Positions 15,523 to 23,969 are shown, counted from the stretch's first letter. The stretch: 32,835 bases of DNA from Anaerolineae bacterium (GCA_014360855.1 JACIWP010000001.1:1-32835); one strand, 5' to 3'. Translations and numbers: made by a program. The notes: generated by a model not told the origin, from the letters alone.

Positions 15523-17286
15523 ATGACAGCAAAGGTTGTACCCAGCGACATCGAAATCGCCCAGGCAGCCACGCTCAAGCCCATCGTGGAGATCGCCAAG
15601 AGCGTTGGCCTCACCGAGGATGATCTGGACCTGTATGGCAAATACAAAGCCAAGGTTCATCTAGACGTCCTGGATCGCCTGCAGGACCGGCCCAACGGCA
15701 AGTACATTGATGTGACGGCCATCACCCCGACGCCGCTGGGCGAGGGCAAGACGGTGACCACCATCGGTCTCTCCCAGGCCTTGGGCTACATCGGCAAGAA
15801 GGTGTTCACCTGCATCCGTCAGCCGTCCATGGGTCCCACGTTCGGGATCAAGGGCGGGGCCGCCGGCGGCGGCTATTCCCAGGTCGTCCCGATGGAGGAC
15901 TTCAACCTGCACCTGACCGGCGACATCCATGCCGTGGGTGTGGCGCACAACCTCCTGGCGGCGGCTATTGACGCCCGCATCATGCACGAAAGCACCATGA
16001 GCGACGAGGCCCTGCTCTCCCGCACGGGCATCCCGCGGCTGGATATTGACCCCTATTCCATCATGTGGAACCGGGTGGTGGACATCTCGGACCGCGCCCT
16101 GCGCAACATCATCATCGGCCTGGGCACCAAGGCTGACGGCCGGCCGCGCCAGACCGGCTTCGACATCACCGTGGCCTCTGAAGTGATGGCCATCCTGGCG
16201 CTGGCCTCGGACCTGAAGGACCTGCGGGAGCGGTTGGGCCGCATCGTCTTCGGCACCGACAAGAAAGGCAACCCGCTGACGGCGGAGCATCTGAAAGTCG
16301 CCGGCGCCATGACCGTCCTGATGAAGGATGCCTTGATGCCCACCCTGATGCAGACGCTGGAGCACACGCCGGTCTTCGTGCATGCCGGCCCCTTCGCCAA
16401 TATCGCGCAAGGCAACAGCTCCATTGTGGCGGACAAAATCGCTCTGAAGCTGGTGGGGCCGGATGGCTATGTGGTCACCGAGTCCGGTTTCGGCGCCGAC
16501 ATGGGCATGGAGAAGTTCTTCAACATCAAGTGCCGCTTCAGCGGGCTGATCCCGAACTGCGTGGTGCTGGTTGCCTCCGTGCGCGCCCTGAAGATGCACG
16601 GCGGCGGTCCCACCGTCGTCCCGGGCAAGCCGCTGGATCCGGCCTACACGCAGGAGAACCTGGACCTGCTCCGCAAGGGCCTGGCCAACCTGACCCAGCA
16701 CATTGAGAACGCGCTCAAGTTCGGCGTCCCGGTGGTGGTGGCCATCAACCGCTTCACCGCCGACACCGATGCGGAGATCGAGCTGGTGCGCAAGGCGGCG
16801 GTGGAGGCCGGCGCCGAGGGCGCCTATGTCAGCAACGTCTGGGCCGAGGGCGGCAAGGGCGGTGCCGAGCTGGCCGAGGCGGTGGTCAAGGCCTGCGAGA
16901 AGCCGAGCAACTTCCGCTTCCTCTATCCGCTGGACATCCCCATCAAGGAGAAGATCGAGATCATCGCCCGCGAGATCTACCGCGCCGATGGTGTCGACTT
17001 CCTGGCGGCGGCCGAGAAGAAGATCGAGCTTTATACCAAGCTGGGCTATGACAAGATGCCCATCTGCATGGCCAAGACGCACCTGTCCTTCTCGCACGAT
17101 CCGACGCTCAAGGGCGCGCCGCGCGGGTACCGCCTGCCCATCCGCGACATCCGCGCTTCGGTGGGCGCCGGCTTCCTGTATCCGCTGTGCGGCGAAATGC
17201 GCACCATGCCGGGCCTGCCCGCACGGCCGGCGTTCGTGGACGTGGACCTGGATCTGGAGACCGGTCGGGTCAAGGGCCTCTTCTAA
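15523..17286 (+). CDS. fhs: Formate-tetrahydrofolate ligase
   Basis: Start trimmed to ATG 15523 ([14 protein letters not shown]), with GGAGG at 15511-15515. Nucleotide-binding motif [16 protein letters not shown]. 587 aa. Confidence 0.95.
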   Translation: MTAKVVPSDIEIAQAATLKPIVEIAKSVGLTEDDLDLYGKYKAKVHLDVLDRLQDRPNGKYIDVTAITPTPLGEGKTVTTIGLSQALGYIGKKVFTCIRQPSMGPTFGIKGGAAGGGYSQVVPMEDFNLHLTGDIHAVGVAHNLLAAAIDARIMHESTMSDEALLSRTGIPRLDIDPYSIMWNRVVDISDRALRNIIIGLGTKADGRPRQTGFDITVASEVMAILALASDLKDLRERLGRIVFGTDKKGNPLTAEHLKVAGAMTVLMKDALMPTLMQTLEHTPVFVHAGPFANIAQGNSSIVADKIALKLVGPDGYVVTESGFGADMGMEKFFNIKCRFSGLIPNCVVLVASVRALKMHGGGPTVVPGKPLDPAYTQENLDLLRKGLANLTQHIENALKFGVPVVVAINRFTADTDAEIELVRKAAVEAGAEGAYVSNVWAEGGKGGAELAEAVVKACEKPSNFRFLYPLDIPIKEKIEIIAREIYRADGVDFLAAAEKKIELYTKLGYDKMPICMAKTHLSFSHDPTLKGAPRGYRLPIRDIRASVGAGFLYPLCGEMRTMPGLPARPAFVDVDLDLETGRVKGLF

Positions 17287-17311
17287 CTCCGCCGTATTCC
17301 ACGCAAGCACG

Positions 17312-17348
17312 ACAAGGAGGGGAGAACAACTCCCCTCCTTGTCATTTT
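17312..17348 (+). terminator. Intrinsic terminator after fhs
   Basis: Perfect 12-bp stem ACAAGGAGGGGA (17312-17323) / TCCCCTCCTTGT (17331-17342) with a 7-nt loop, followed by CATTTT. The T-tract is short (4 T). Confidence 0.6.
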
Positions 17349-17367
17349 CCCCGCATTGTGGTATAAT
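17339..17367 (+). promoter_or_regulatory. Promoter P1 (TTGTCA-17-TATAAT with extended TG), overlapping the fhs terminator
   Basis: -35 TTGTCA at 17339-17344 (within the 3' arm of the terminator stem), 17-nt spacer ending TGg, -10 TATAAT at 17362-17367. Confidence 0.5.
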
Positions 17368-17481
17368 GTATACAGCTACTGGCAGATTGGCGCGCACGTT
17401 CTCCCCTTGAACCATCAACGACTGCCAGTAAAAAATTGCGCCGGATACTTCGTGCATTTTTGCGCGAAGTGGGATGGAGAT

Positions 17482-17509
17482 TTGACAGAACGGCAGGAAT
17501 GGGTATAAT
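17482..17509 (+). promoter_or_regulatory. Promoter P2 for the CODH/ACS operon (TTGACA-16-TATAAT)
   Basis: Both hexamers match consensus exactly: -35 at 17482-17487, -10 at 17504-17509, 16-nt spacer. It lies about 60 nt upstream of the ATG at 17577. Confidence 0.65.
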
Positions 17510-17527
17510 TGTGACAGAATACACAAT
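17508..17527. promoter_or_regulatory. Operator-like inverted repeat ATTGTG-N8-CACAAT (core TGTGA-N6-ACACA) over the -10/+1 of P2
   Basis: Arms 17508-17513 and 17522-17527 are exact reverse complements. The inner core resembles the CRP-family half-site arrangement TGTGA-N6-TCACA. ATTGTG also occurs at 17355-17360, next to the -10 of P1. Confidence 0.35.
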
Positions 17528-17576
17528 CTAGCCGGCCCAACTGTCCATTACCACACCAAAGGAGGTATGCGCGGGG

Positions 17577-17909
17577 ATGGAAAGAGTCACGTTCAGCACG
17601 CCCACGTTGTACGCCGACCACCATGTCCTGAAGGTTCGGCAGGTACTGCTGGCCCTCGACGGCGTCAAGGATGTCATCGCCAGCTCCATGTATCGTGATG
17701 TGACGGTAGATTACGACCCCAGCAAGATTTCCGCAGAAGCGATTCAGCAAGCCATTGAAGCCGCTGGTTATCCTATCGGAGTTGAGCCTGATTTCTCCGA
17801 CCTGGTGCCGGCCCACGACGACTCCTCGACCTGGTACACCTACATCCGCCGCGTCACACAGACCATCCAGGCCGATTTGGAGATGTCGGGCGACTTCCGC
17901 AAGTACTAA
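17577..17909 (+). CDS. Small Cys-free protein with an HMA-like (ferredoxin-like beta-alpha-beta-beta-alpha-beta) pattern, function unknown
   Basis: 110 aa. GGAGG at 17561-17565. First ORF after P2 and 82 nt before acsA. Pattern RVTFSTPTLYADHHVLKVRQVLLALDGV...VTVDYDP...AEAIQQAIEAAGY resembles HMA domains but has YADHH where GMxCxxC would be. Confidence 0.75.
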   Translation: MERVTFSTPTLYADHHVLKVRQVLLALDGVKDVIASSMYRDVTVDYDPSKISAEAIQQAIEAAGYPIGVEPDFSDLVPAHDDSSTWYTYIRRVTQTIQADLEMSGDFRKY

Positions 17910-17991
17910 GGGGACCATTGTAGGGTAAAGTGCCCATAAGGGCTATGAGATTGTGCCGGTATTCCGCCGGCGATGAAGAAGGAGTAAAGCC

Positions 17992-19995
17992 ATGTCACCG
18001 AATTACCAATCGATGGATCCCGCTGTGGTGGCCCTTCAGGGGATTGCTGAAGAAGCCTGCTGTCCCACGGTGTTTGATCGAGCGGCGGAGTTGAAGCCGT
18101 GTCCCATTGGTTCGACCGGGGTATGCTGTCGCATGTGCGCCATGGGACCCTGCCGGCTGGTGGGCAAGACCGATCGCGGCGTCTGCGGTGCTACCCGCGC
18201 CACGGTGGTGGCCCGCAATTACACGCGCATGGTCGCCGGCGGCGCTTCCGCCCACTCGGACCACGGCCGTGACCTCGCCCGCACCCTGATCGAAACCGCC
18301 CGCGGGGAGGCCCAGGGCTACCGCATCCGCGACGTGCAGAAGCTGTACGAGGTCGCGGAAATCATGGAAGTACCCACAAAGGGGCGAAAGGTAGAGGAAA
18401 TTGCCGAGGATGTGGGCAGAAAAGCGCTGGCGCAGTTCGGTCAGCAGGAAGGCGAATTGATTTATCTGCGGCGGGCGCCGAAGAAGCGGCAGGAAATCTG
18501 GCGCAAGACCGGCATCGCCCCGCGCGGCATCGACCGGGAAGTGGTGGAAGCCATGCACCGCACCCATGAGGGTGTGGATATGGATGCGGAGCACATCCTG
18601 ATGCAAGCCCTGCGCTGTTCCCTGGCTGACGGCTGGGGCGGCTCGATGATGGCTACCGATATCAGCGACATCCTCTTCGGCACCCCCGTTCCGCTGAATA
18701 CCTACCATAACCTGGGCGTGCTGAAAGAGGATGAGGTCAACCTCATCATCCACGGTCACGAGCCGACCCTATCCGAGATGGTGGTGGCGGTGGCGCAGAT
18801 GCCGGAAATGCAGGAATATGCCCGCTCCAAAGGCGCCAAAGGCATCAACCTCGCCGGCATGTGCTGTACCTCTCTCGAAGTACTGGCGCGCCACGGCGTG
18901 CCCTCGGCCGGCAACTTCCTCAGCCAGGAAATCGCCATCCTCACCGGCGCGGTGGACGCCATGGTGGTGGACGTGCAGTGCATCATGGAAGCACTGGTAC
19001 CGGTATCCCAGCGCTTCCACACCCTGCTCATCACCACCTCGCCCAAGGCCAAGATGACCGGCGCCCTGCATATCGAGTTCGACGAGGAGCACGCGCTGGA
19101 CATCGCCAAAGAGATCGTCAAGCGGGCGGTGGACAACTTCCCCAACCGCAAGGCCCAGGTGGTCATTCCCAAGGACGCGCTCAGCCCGGCCATCGGTGGC
19201 TTCTCCCATGAGTACCTGCAGTACATGCAGGGCGGCTTGCATCGCGGCTCCTTCCGCCCGCTGAATGATGCCATCATCGCCGGCCGCATCCGCGGCGCCG
19301 CCGGCGTTGTCGGCTGCAACAACGCTCGCGTTCCACACGATGAAGGCATGATGAAGGTCATCCGCACCCTCATCGCCAACGACGTGTTGGTGGTGACCAC
19401 CGGCTGTACCGCCCACGCCTCGGGCAAGTACGGCTATCTCCTGCCTGAGATGATGCGCGACGCCGGCAAGGGCCTGCGGGAGGTCTGCGAGGCCATCGGC
19501 ATCCCGCCGGTGCTGAACCTGGGCTCTTGCGTGGACAACAGCCGCATCCTGACCGTGCTCAGCCAGATGGCGACCGAAGGCGGCCTGGGCCAGGATATCG
19601 GCGATCTGCCGGCGGTAGGAATGGCACCGGAGTGGATGTCGGAAAAGGCCATCGCCATCGGCACCTACTTCGCCGCCTCCGGTGTGCATACCATCTTTGG
19701 CGTGAACAACATCGTCAGCGGCAGTCCGGAGGTTGTCGAGATTCTCTCCAAGAAGTGGGATGAGATGTTCGGCGGCACCATGGAGTTCATCCCGGACTAT
19801 GATGAGATGATCCAGGCGGCGCTGGCGCATATTGACCGCAAGCGAGCGGAACTGGGTCTGGTGCCGTGGGACCCCGAGCGCTACGGCCAGAGCGGCGGCG
19901 ATGAGCTGATGGAAAAGATCCTTTCCCTGCCACCCGAACAGCGCTATCTGTACAGCCGTAAGGTGGTGGAGGAGAGGGTCGCAGAGCAGGTGTAA
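17992..19995 (+). CDS. acsA: Ni-Fe carbon monoxide dehydrogenase catalytic subunit (CODH of the CODH/ACS complex)
   Basis: 667 aa. N-terminal Cys pattern CCPTV..CPIGSTGVCCRMCAMGPCRL..GVCGA for the D and B clusters, plus family-wide similarity. GAAGGAG RBS 7 nt upstream. Confidence 0.96.
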   Translation: MSPNYQSMDPAVVALQGIAEEACCPTVFDRAAELKPCPIGSTGVCCRMCAMGPCRLVGKTDRGVCGATRATVVARNYTRMVAGGASAHSDHGRDLARTLIETARGEAQGYRIRDVQKLYEVAEIMEVPTKGRKVEEIAEDVGRKALAQFGQQEGELIYLRRAPKKRQEIWRKTGIAPRGIDREVVEAMHRTHEGVDMDAEHILMQALRCSLADGWGGSMMATDISDILFGTPVPLNTYHNLGVLKEDEVNLIIHGHEPTLSEMVVAVAQMPEMQEYARSKGAKGINLAGMCCTSLEVLARHGVPSAGNFLSQEIAILTGAVDAMVVDVQCIMEALVPVSQRFHTLLITTSPKAKMTGALHIEFDEEHALDIAKEIVKRAVDNFPNRKAQVVIPKDALSPAIGGFSHEYLQYMQGGLHRGSFRPLNDAIIAGRIRGAAGVVGCNNARVPHDEGMMKVIRTLIANDVLVVTTGCTAHASGKYGYLLPEMMRDAGKGLREVCEAIGIPPVLNLGSCVDNSRILTVLSQMATEGGLGQDIGDLPAVGMAPEWMSEKAIAIGTYFAASGVHTIFGVNNIVSGSPEVVEILSKKWDEMFGGTMEFIPDYDEMIQAALAHIDRKRAELGLVPWDPERYGQSGGDELMEKILSLPPEQRYLYSRKVVEERVAEQV

Positions 19996-20008
19996 GCTGA
20001 AATCGCTG

Positions 20009-20043
20009 GGGCAGGGGGCGCCGGCCGGCGTCCCCGCCCTTTT
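20009..20043 (+). terminator. Terminator-like GC-rich hairpin plus TTTT between acsA and acsB
   Basis: My manual fold pairs 20009-20022 with 20027-20039 (13 bp, one bulged A, one G-T wobble, GGCC tetraloop), followed by TTTT at 20040-20043. It lies 14 nt after the acsA stop and 35 nt before the acsB start. Confidence 0.45.
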
Positions 20044-20077
20044 CCCAATCACAGAGGCATTGAGGGAGTGAGGATCG

Positions 20078-22366
20078 ATGTCCCGATATATTGCTACGCG
20101 AGCCCTGCGCGGCGCCAATATGGTGGTGCGCGAAGCGGACCAATTGCTGAAACAGGCCATTGCTGAGCTGGGGCCGGATGCCAAGGTGGAGTTCACGAAC
20201 ACGGCCTATTTCCTGCCGGTGATTTACGGCTTTACTGGCCGGCAGGTGACCAAGCTGGCCGACCTGGAACCGGTGTTGGAGGAGGCCAAAAAGCTCCTGC
20301 ATCCGGTGCCGAAGGACAAGAACTACCTGCCCTACTTGGGCGAGACGTTGGACGCCGGCGTGGCCTCCCTGCTGGCGATGGAGGCCATCGAGGGCATCCG
20401 CTTCGCCAAGGGGGAGGAGCCGATGCCCTTTAACTGGGCCGGCAAGGGCCTGGTGGGCGGAAGCTTTACCTCGCCGGAGTTTGAGGGAGCCGGCGCCGGC
20501 GACGGCCGGCTGAACGGCCCCATTGATGACATTCAGCTTCGTGCCTGGGGTATCCAGCTCGTGGACGGCCGCATGCCCGGCTTCGCCGCCATCGTCGGTT
20601 GTGCCAAGTCCAACGAGGTGGCGGTCGAGATCGTCCGCCAGCTCCAACAGCGCAACATCCTGGTCTTCCTCTCCGGCAACGTGAACGGCCGCAGTATCAT
20701 TCACCAGCTCCATGAGGAAGGGGTGGAGATGGGGTACGATACTTACATCGTCCCCTTCGGCCTGGATACCATGTCGGCCATCTATGCCCTGGGCTTTGCC
20801 ACCCGCTCGGCGCTGACCTTTGGCGGCATGAAGGGCGGCCAGGCGCGCGAGATCCTGCTGTACAACAAGTACCGCGTCTTCGCCTTTGTGCTGGCGCTGG
20901 GCGAGATTGACGATTTGAAGTATGCGGCGGCCGCCGGCGCCATCTCCTACGGCTTCCCGACCATCGCCGACACGGTCATCCCGCAGATTCTCCCCACCGG
21001 TATTACCAGCTACGAGCATGTCATTTCCATGCCGTTCGACGATATCGAGGGGGAGAACGACCTGGAGCGCGCCAAGCGCCTGGTCCAACGGGCCATTGAG
21101 GTGCGCGGCGTGAAAATCAAGATCACCGAGGTGCCCATCCCTGTTCCGTATGGCTCGGCCTTTGAGGGTGAGCGCGTGCGCCGCGCCGACATGCGCATCG
21201 AATTTGGTGGGAAGAATTCCCGCTGTTTCGAATACCTGCGCATGCGCAACATGGATGAGATCGAGGACCACAAGATTGTGATCGATGGCCCGGGCTTTGA
21301 TGAGGTCGAGGAAGGCGGCTCCATGGATATGGGTATCCTGGTGGAGGTCGCCGGCCGCAAGATGCAGGAGGACTTCGAACCGGTATTGGAGCGTCAGATC
21401 CACTACTTCATCAACGGCGCTTCCGGCGTCCAGCATATCGGCCAGCGCGACATCACCTGGATCCGCATCAGCAAGGCCGCCGCACAAAAGGGCTTCAACC
21501 TGAAGCACCTGGGTGAGATTCTCTATGCCCGTTTCCATGCCGATTTCGGCGCCATCGTGGACAAGGTGCAGGTGACCATCATCACCGATCCGAAGAAGGT
21601 GGCCGAGATGCTGGAGGTGGCCCGCAAGGCCTACGATTACCGCAACCGCCGGCTGGCCGACCTCACCGACGAAGCGGTGGACACCTTCTATTCCTGCACG
21701 CTGTGCCAGTCCTTCGCCCCGAACCATGTCTGCGTGGTGACCCCGGAGCGCCTTGGCCTGTGCGGCGCCTATAACTGGCTGGACTGCAAGGCCTCGTACG
21801 AGATTAACCCGACCGGCCCGAACCAGCCCATTCCGAAAGGCACCTGCCTGGACCCGATCAAGGGCTATTTCACCGGCCCGAACGAGTTCGTCAAACAGCA
21901 TTCCAACGGCACGGTGGAGCAGGTGGCGCTGTACTCCATTATGGAGAACCCCATGACGGCCTGCGGCTGTTTCGAGTGCATCATGATGGTCATCCCGGAG
22001 GCCAACGGGGTGATGATCGTCAGCCGCGAGGATCCCTCGATGACGCCGGCGGGCATGACCTTCTCCACACTGGCCGGCATGGCCGGCGGCGGCCTGCAGA
22101 CGCCAGGCGTGATGGGTATCGGCAAGTACTACATCACCAGCCGCAAGTTCATCTCCGCCGACGGCGGCCTGAAGCGTGTGGTCTGGATGTCCAGCATCCT
22201 CAAACAGCAGATGCGCGAGGAACTGCAGAAAGCCGCCGAGCGCGAGGGCGTCCCCGACCTGCTCGACAAGATCGCCGATGAGACGATCTGCACGGACGTG
22301 GACGGCCTGCTGCCCTGGCTGGAAGAGAAGGGGCATCCGGCCCTGATGATGGACCCCATCTTCTAA
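20078..22366 (+). CDS. acsB: Acetyl-CoA synthase (A-cluster subunit), full-length bacterial type
   Basis: 762 aa. A-cluster ligand motifs CTLCQSFAPNHVC..LCG and CGCFEC (nt 21962-21979). N-terminal CODH-docking domain present. Confidence 0.96.
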   Translation: MSRYIATRALRGANMVVREADQLLKQAIAELGPDAKVEFTNTAYFLPVIYGFTGRQVTKLADLEPVLEEAKKLLHPVPKDKNYLPYLGETLDAGVASLLAMEAIEGIRFAKGEEPMPFNWAGKGLVGGSFTSPEFEGAGAGDGRLNGPIDDIQLRAWGIQLVDGRMPGFAAIVGCAKSNEVAVEIVRQLQQRNILVFLSGNVNGRSIIHQLHEEGVEMGYDTYIVPFGLDTMSAIYALGFATRSALTFGGMKGGQAREILLYNKYRVFAFVLALGEIDDLKYAAAAGAISYGFPTIADTVIPQILPTGITSYEHVISMPFDDIEGENDLERAKRLVQRAIEVRGVKIKITEVPIPVPYGSAFEGERVRRADMRIEFGGKNSRCFEYLRMRNMDEIEDHKIVIDGPGFDEVEEGGSMDMGILVEVAGRKMQEDFEPVLERQIHYFINGASGVQHIGQRDITWIRISKAAAQKGFNLKHLGEILYARFHADFGAIVDKVQVTIITDPKKVAEMLEVARKAYDYRNRRLADLTDEAVDTFYSCTLCQSFAPNHVCVVTPERLGLCGAYNWLDCKASYEINPTGPNQPIPKGTCLDPIKGYFTGPNEFVKQHSNGTVEQVALYSIMENPMTACGCFECIMMVIPEANGVMIVSREDPSMTPAGMTFSTLAGMAGGGLQTPGVMGIGKYYITSRKFISADGGLKRVVWMSSILKQQMREELQKAAEREGVPDLLDKIADETICTDVDGLLPWLEEKGHPALMMDPIF

Positions 22367-22379
22367 ATTGTCCGACCGC

Positions 22380-22445
22380 ACAGGAGGCCCAGGGGAACGA
22401 AGTGCACACCCAAGTCAGCGAAGGAATTAACCCTGGGCCTCCTGT
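22380..22445. repeat. Perfect 15-bp inverted repeat (ACAGGAGGCCCAGGG / CCCTGGGCCTCCTGT) with a 36-nt loop
   Basis: Arms 22380-22394 and 22431-22445 are exact reverse complements by direct reading. No T-tract follows. The 3' arm contains CCTCCTGT, which is also complementary to the CBS-gene SD region ACAGGAGG at 22478-22485. Confidence 0.8.
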
Positions 22446-22493
22446 CATGGCGCGCGGTGCGGCCGGCGCGGTGCTATACAGGAGGAGAAGGCG

Positions 22494-22880
22494 ATGCTGG
22501 TGCGCGATGTGATGCACCGGGGGGTGGTGACCTGCCCGATGGACATGACACTGCGGGAAGCCGCTCGGCGGATGGCGCGGGCGCGCTGTAGCGCAGTGGT
22601 GGTGCTGGATGCCGCCGGCGAGGTGGCCGGCATTATCTCGTGTGAAGACATCGCGCGGGCGTTTGTCGAGGATCGGCTCGATATGCGCGCCGAGGAGATC
22701 ATGAAGACGGATGTGGTGACCATTGTGCCGGATATCCCTATCAAGGCGGCGGTGCAGTTGATGCTGGATCACGGCATCCGGCAGTTGGTCATCCTGCATG
22801 CGCGGCCGGCCGTGGCGCGGCCGGTGGGAATGATCTCACTGGAGGATGTGATACGGTATATCGCCGGCGGGGAGGCGTAG
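22494..22880 (+). CDS. Standalone CBS-pair (Bateman domain) protein
   Basis: 128 aa. Two CBS-motif repeats (VRDVMHRGVVTCPMDMTLREAARRM...VVVLD..GEVAGIIS and AEEIMKTDVVTIVPDIPIKAAVQLM...LVIL...PVGMISLEDV). GGAGGAG RBS 6 nt upstream. Confidence 0.85.
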   Translation: MLVRDVMHRGVVTCPMDMTLREAARRMARARCSAVVVLDAAGEVAGIISCEDIARAFVEDRLDMRAEEIMKTDVVTIVPDIPIKAAVQLMLDHGIRQLVILHARPAVARPVGMISLEDVIRYIAGGEA

Positions 22881-22902
22881 CCGGCCAACCCTGCCCAACT
22901 AT

Positions 22903-22932
22903 TTGGCACCCGCATTCAAATCGTGGTAATAT
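22903..22932 (+). promoter_or_regulatory. Possible internal promoter upstream of acsD (TTGGCA-18-TAATAT with extended TG)
   Basis: -35 TTGGCA at 22903-22908, 18-nt spacer ending TGg, -10 TAATAT at 22927-22932, in a locally AT-richer 100-nt gap. Confidence 0.3.
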
Positions 22933-22983
22933 ATTGCAGGTTTGTGCTGACAGCTCAGCGGAACTGAAAGGAGAGAGCAACAG

Positions 22984-23946
22984 ATGCCCACCACAGTCGA
23001 AATTCCCAAGGAAAAGTGGACCGGCAAGGTTCGCGAAGTCACCTTGGGGGCAACTCCCAGCAACGGCGGCACCCGCGGACGGGAGGTCGTCGTCGGGGGA
23101 GAAGCCACCCTGCCTTTCCTGCATTTTGAGGGAGCAATACCGCACCCACCCGTCGTTGCCGTCGAAATCCTGGACCGCTACCCGGATGATTGGGCGGCAC
23201 CGCTGAAGGAAGTGTGGGGAGATGTGATGAAGGACCCCGTCGCCTGGGCGCGCAAGGCGGAAGAGCTGGGGGCGGAGCTGATTATGCTCAAGCTGACCCT
23301 GGACGAATCGGGCGCGGCCGACGGCGCGCGTGCCGCGGATGTGGTGAGGGCTGTGCTGGGAGCGACCACATTGCCGCTGATCGTGCGTGGGCCAGGACAG
23401 GCGGAGGCGGATAACGCTATGCTGGTGCCGGTGTGCGAGAAGGCCGCCGGCGAGCGCATCGCTGTGGGGCTGTGCGAGGATAAAAATTACCGCACCATTG
23501 TGGCCGCCGCCATGGCCAACAACCATCTCGTGATCGCCAGCTCCCCGATCGATGTCAACCTGGCCAAGCAGTTGAACATCCTGATCAGCGACATGCGTAT
23601 GCCCATGGAGCGCGTCCTGATGGACCCGACGACGGGCGCCCTGGGGTACGGCATTGAGTACACCTATTCGGTCATGGAGCGCCTGCGGCTGGCCGCGCTG
23701 AGCGGCGACGGCATGACGCAACAGCCGATGATCTGCTTCGTGGGTGAGGAATCCTGGCGGCAGAAGGAGTCGCGCGTGGGCCAGGGTGTGCCGGCGGAAT
23801 GGGGCGATTGGCATCATCGCGGCGTTATCTGGGAGACCGTGACGGCCGTGGCACTGCTGGAGGCCGGCGCCGATATTGTCACCGTCCGCCACCCCAAAAC
23901 CCTGGAGCTGGTTCAGTCCACCATCCAGAAGCTCATGGCCAGTTAG
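22984..23946 (+). CDS. acsD: Corrinoid iron-sulfur protein small subunit
   Basis: 320 aa. TIM-barrel CFeSP delta-subunit family pattern (EIPKEKWTGKVREVTLG...VVVGGE..LPFLHFEG). AAGGAG RBS. Confidence 0.92.
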   Translation: MPTTVEIPKEKWTGKVREVTLGATPSNGGTRGREVVVGGEATLPFLHFEGAIPHPPVVAVEILDRYPDDWAAPLKEVWGDVMKDPVAWARKAEELGAELIMLKLTLDESGAADGARAADVVRAVLGATTLPLIVRGPGQAEADNAMLVPVCEKAAGERIAVGLCEDKNYRTIVAAAMANNHLVIASSPIDVNLAKQLNILISDMRMPMERVLMDPTTGALGYGIEYTYSVMERLRLAALSGDGMTQQPMICFVGEESWRQKESRVGQGVPAEWGDWHHRGVIWETVTAVALLEAGADIVTVRHPKTLELVQSTIQKLMAS

Positions 23947-23969
23947 CCGGAGGAAAGGAGAACGTCACT

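Noticed and set aside
15661-17526. 621-aa minus-strand ORF antisense to fhs
   Set aside because: Same reasoning. Its antisense frame stays open only because of codon bias, and the ORF would run through the fhs terminator and both promoters.
19787-22381. 864-aa minus-strand ORF antisense to acsB
   Set aside because: Shadow ORF of a GC-rich gene with low-complexity composition, no RBS and no family motifs. The plus strand encodes full-length AcsB with its A-cluster ligands.
23799-23969. Long N-terminal extensions in the ORF track (acsC from 23799, acsE from 30247, DUF2344 from 3953, fhs from 15460, RACo from 25358, SDR to 2121, hdrA from 7111, folD from 14584)
   Set aside because: The track takes the first ATG/GTG/TTG after a stop. 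The extensions overlap upstream genes, are Arg/Gly-rich and lack RBSs. Internal starts have GGAGG-type RBSs and match the family-typical N-termini.
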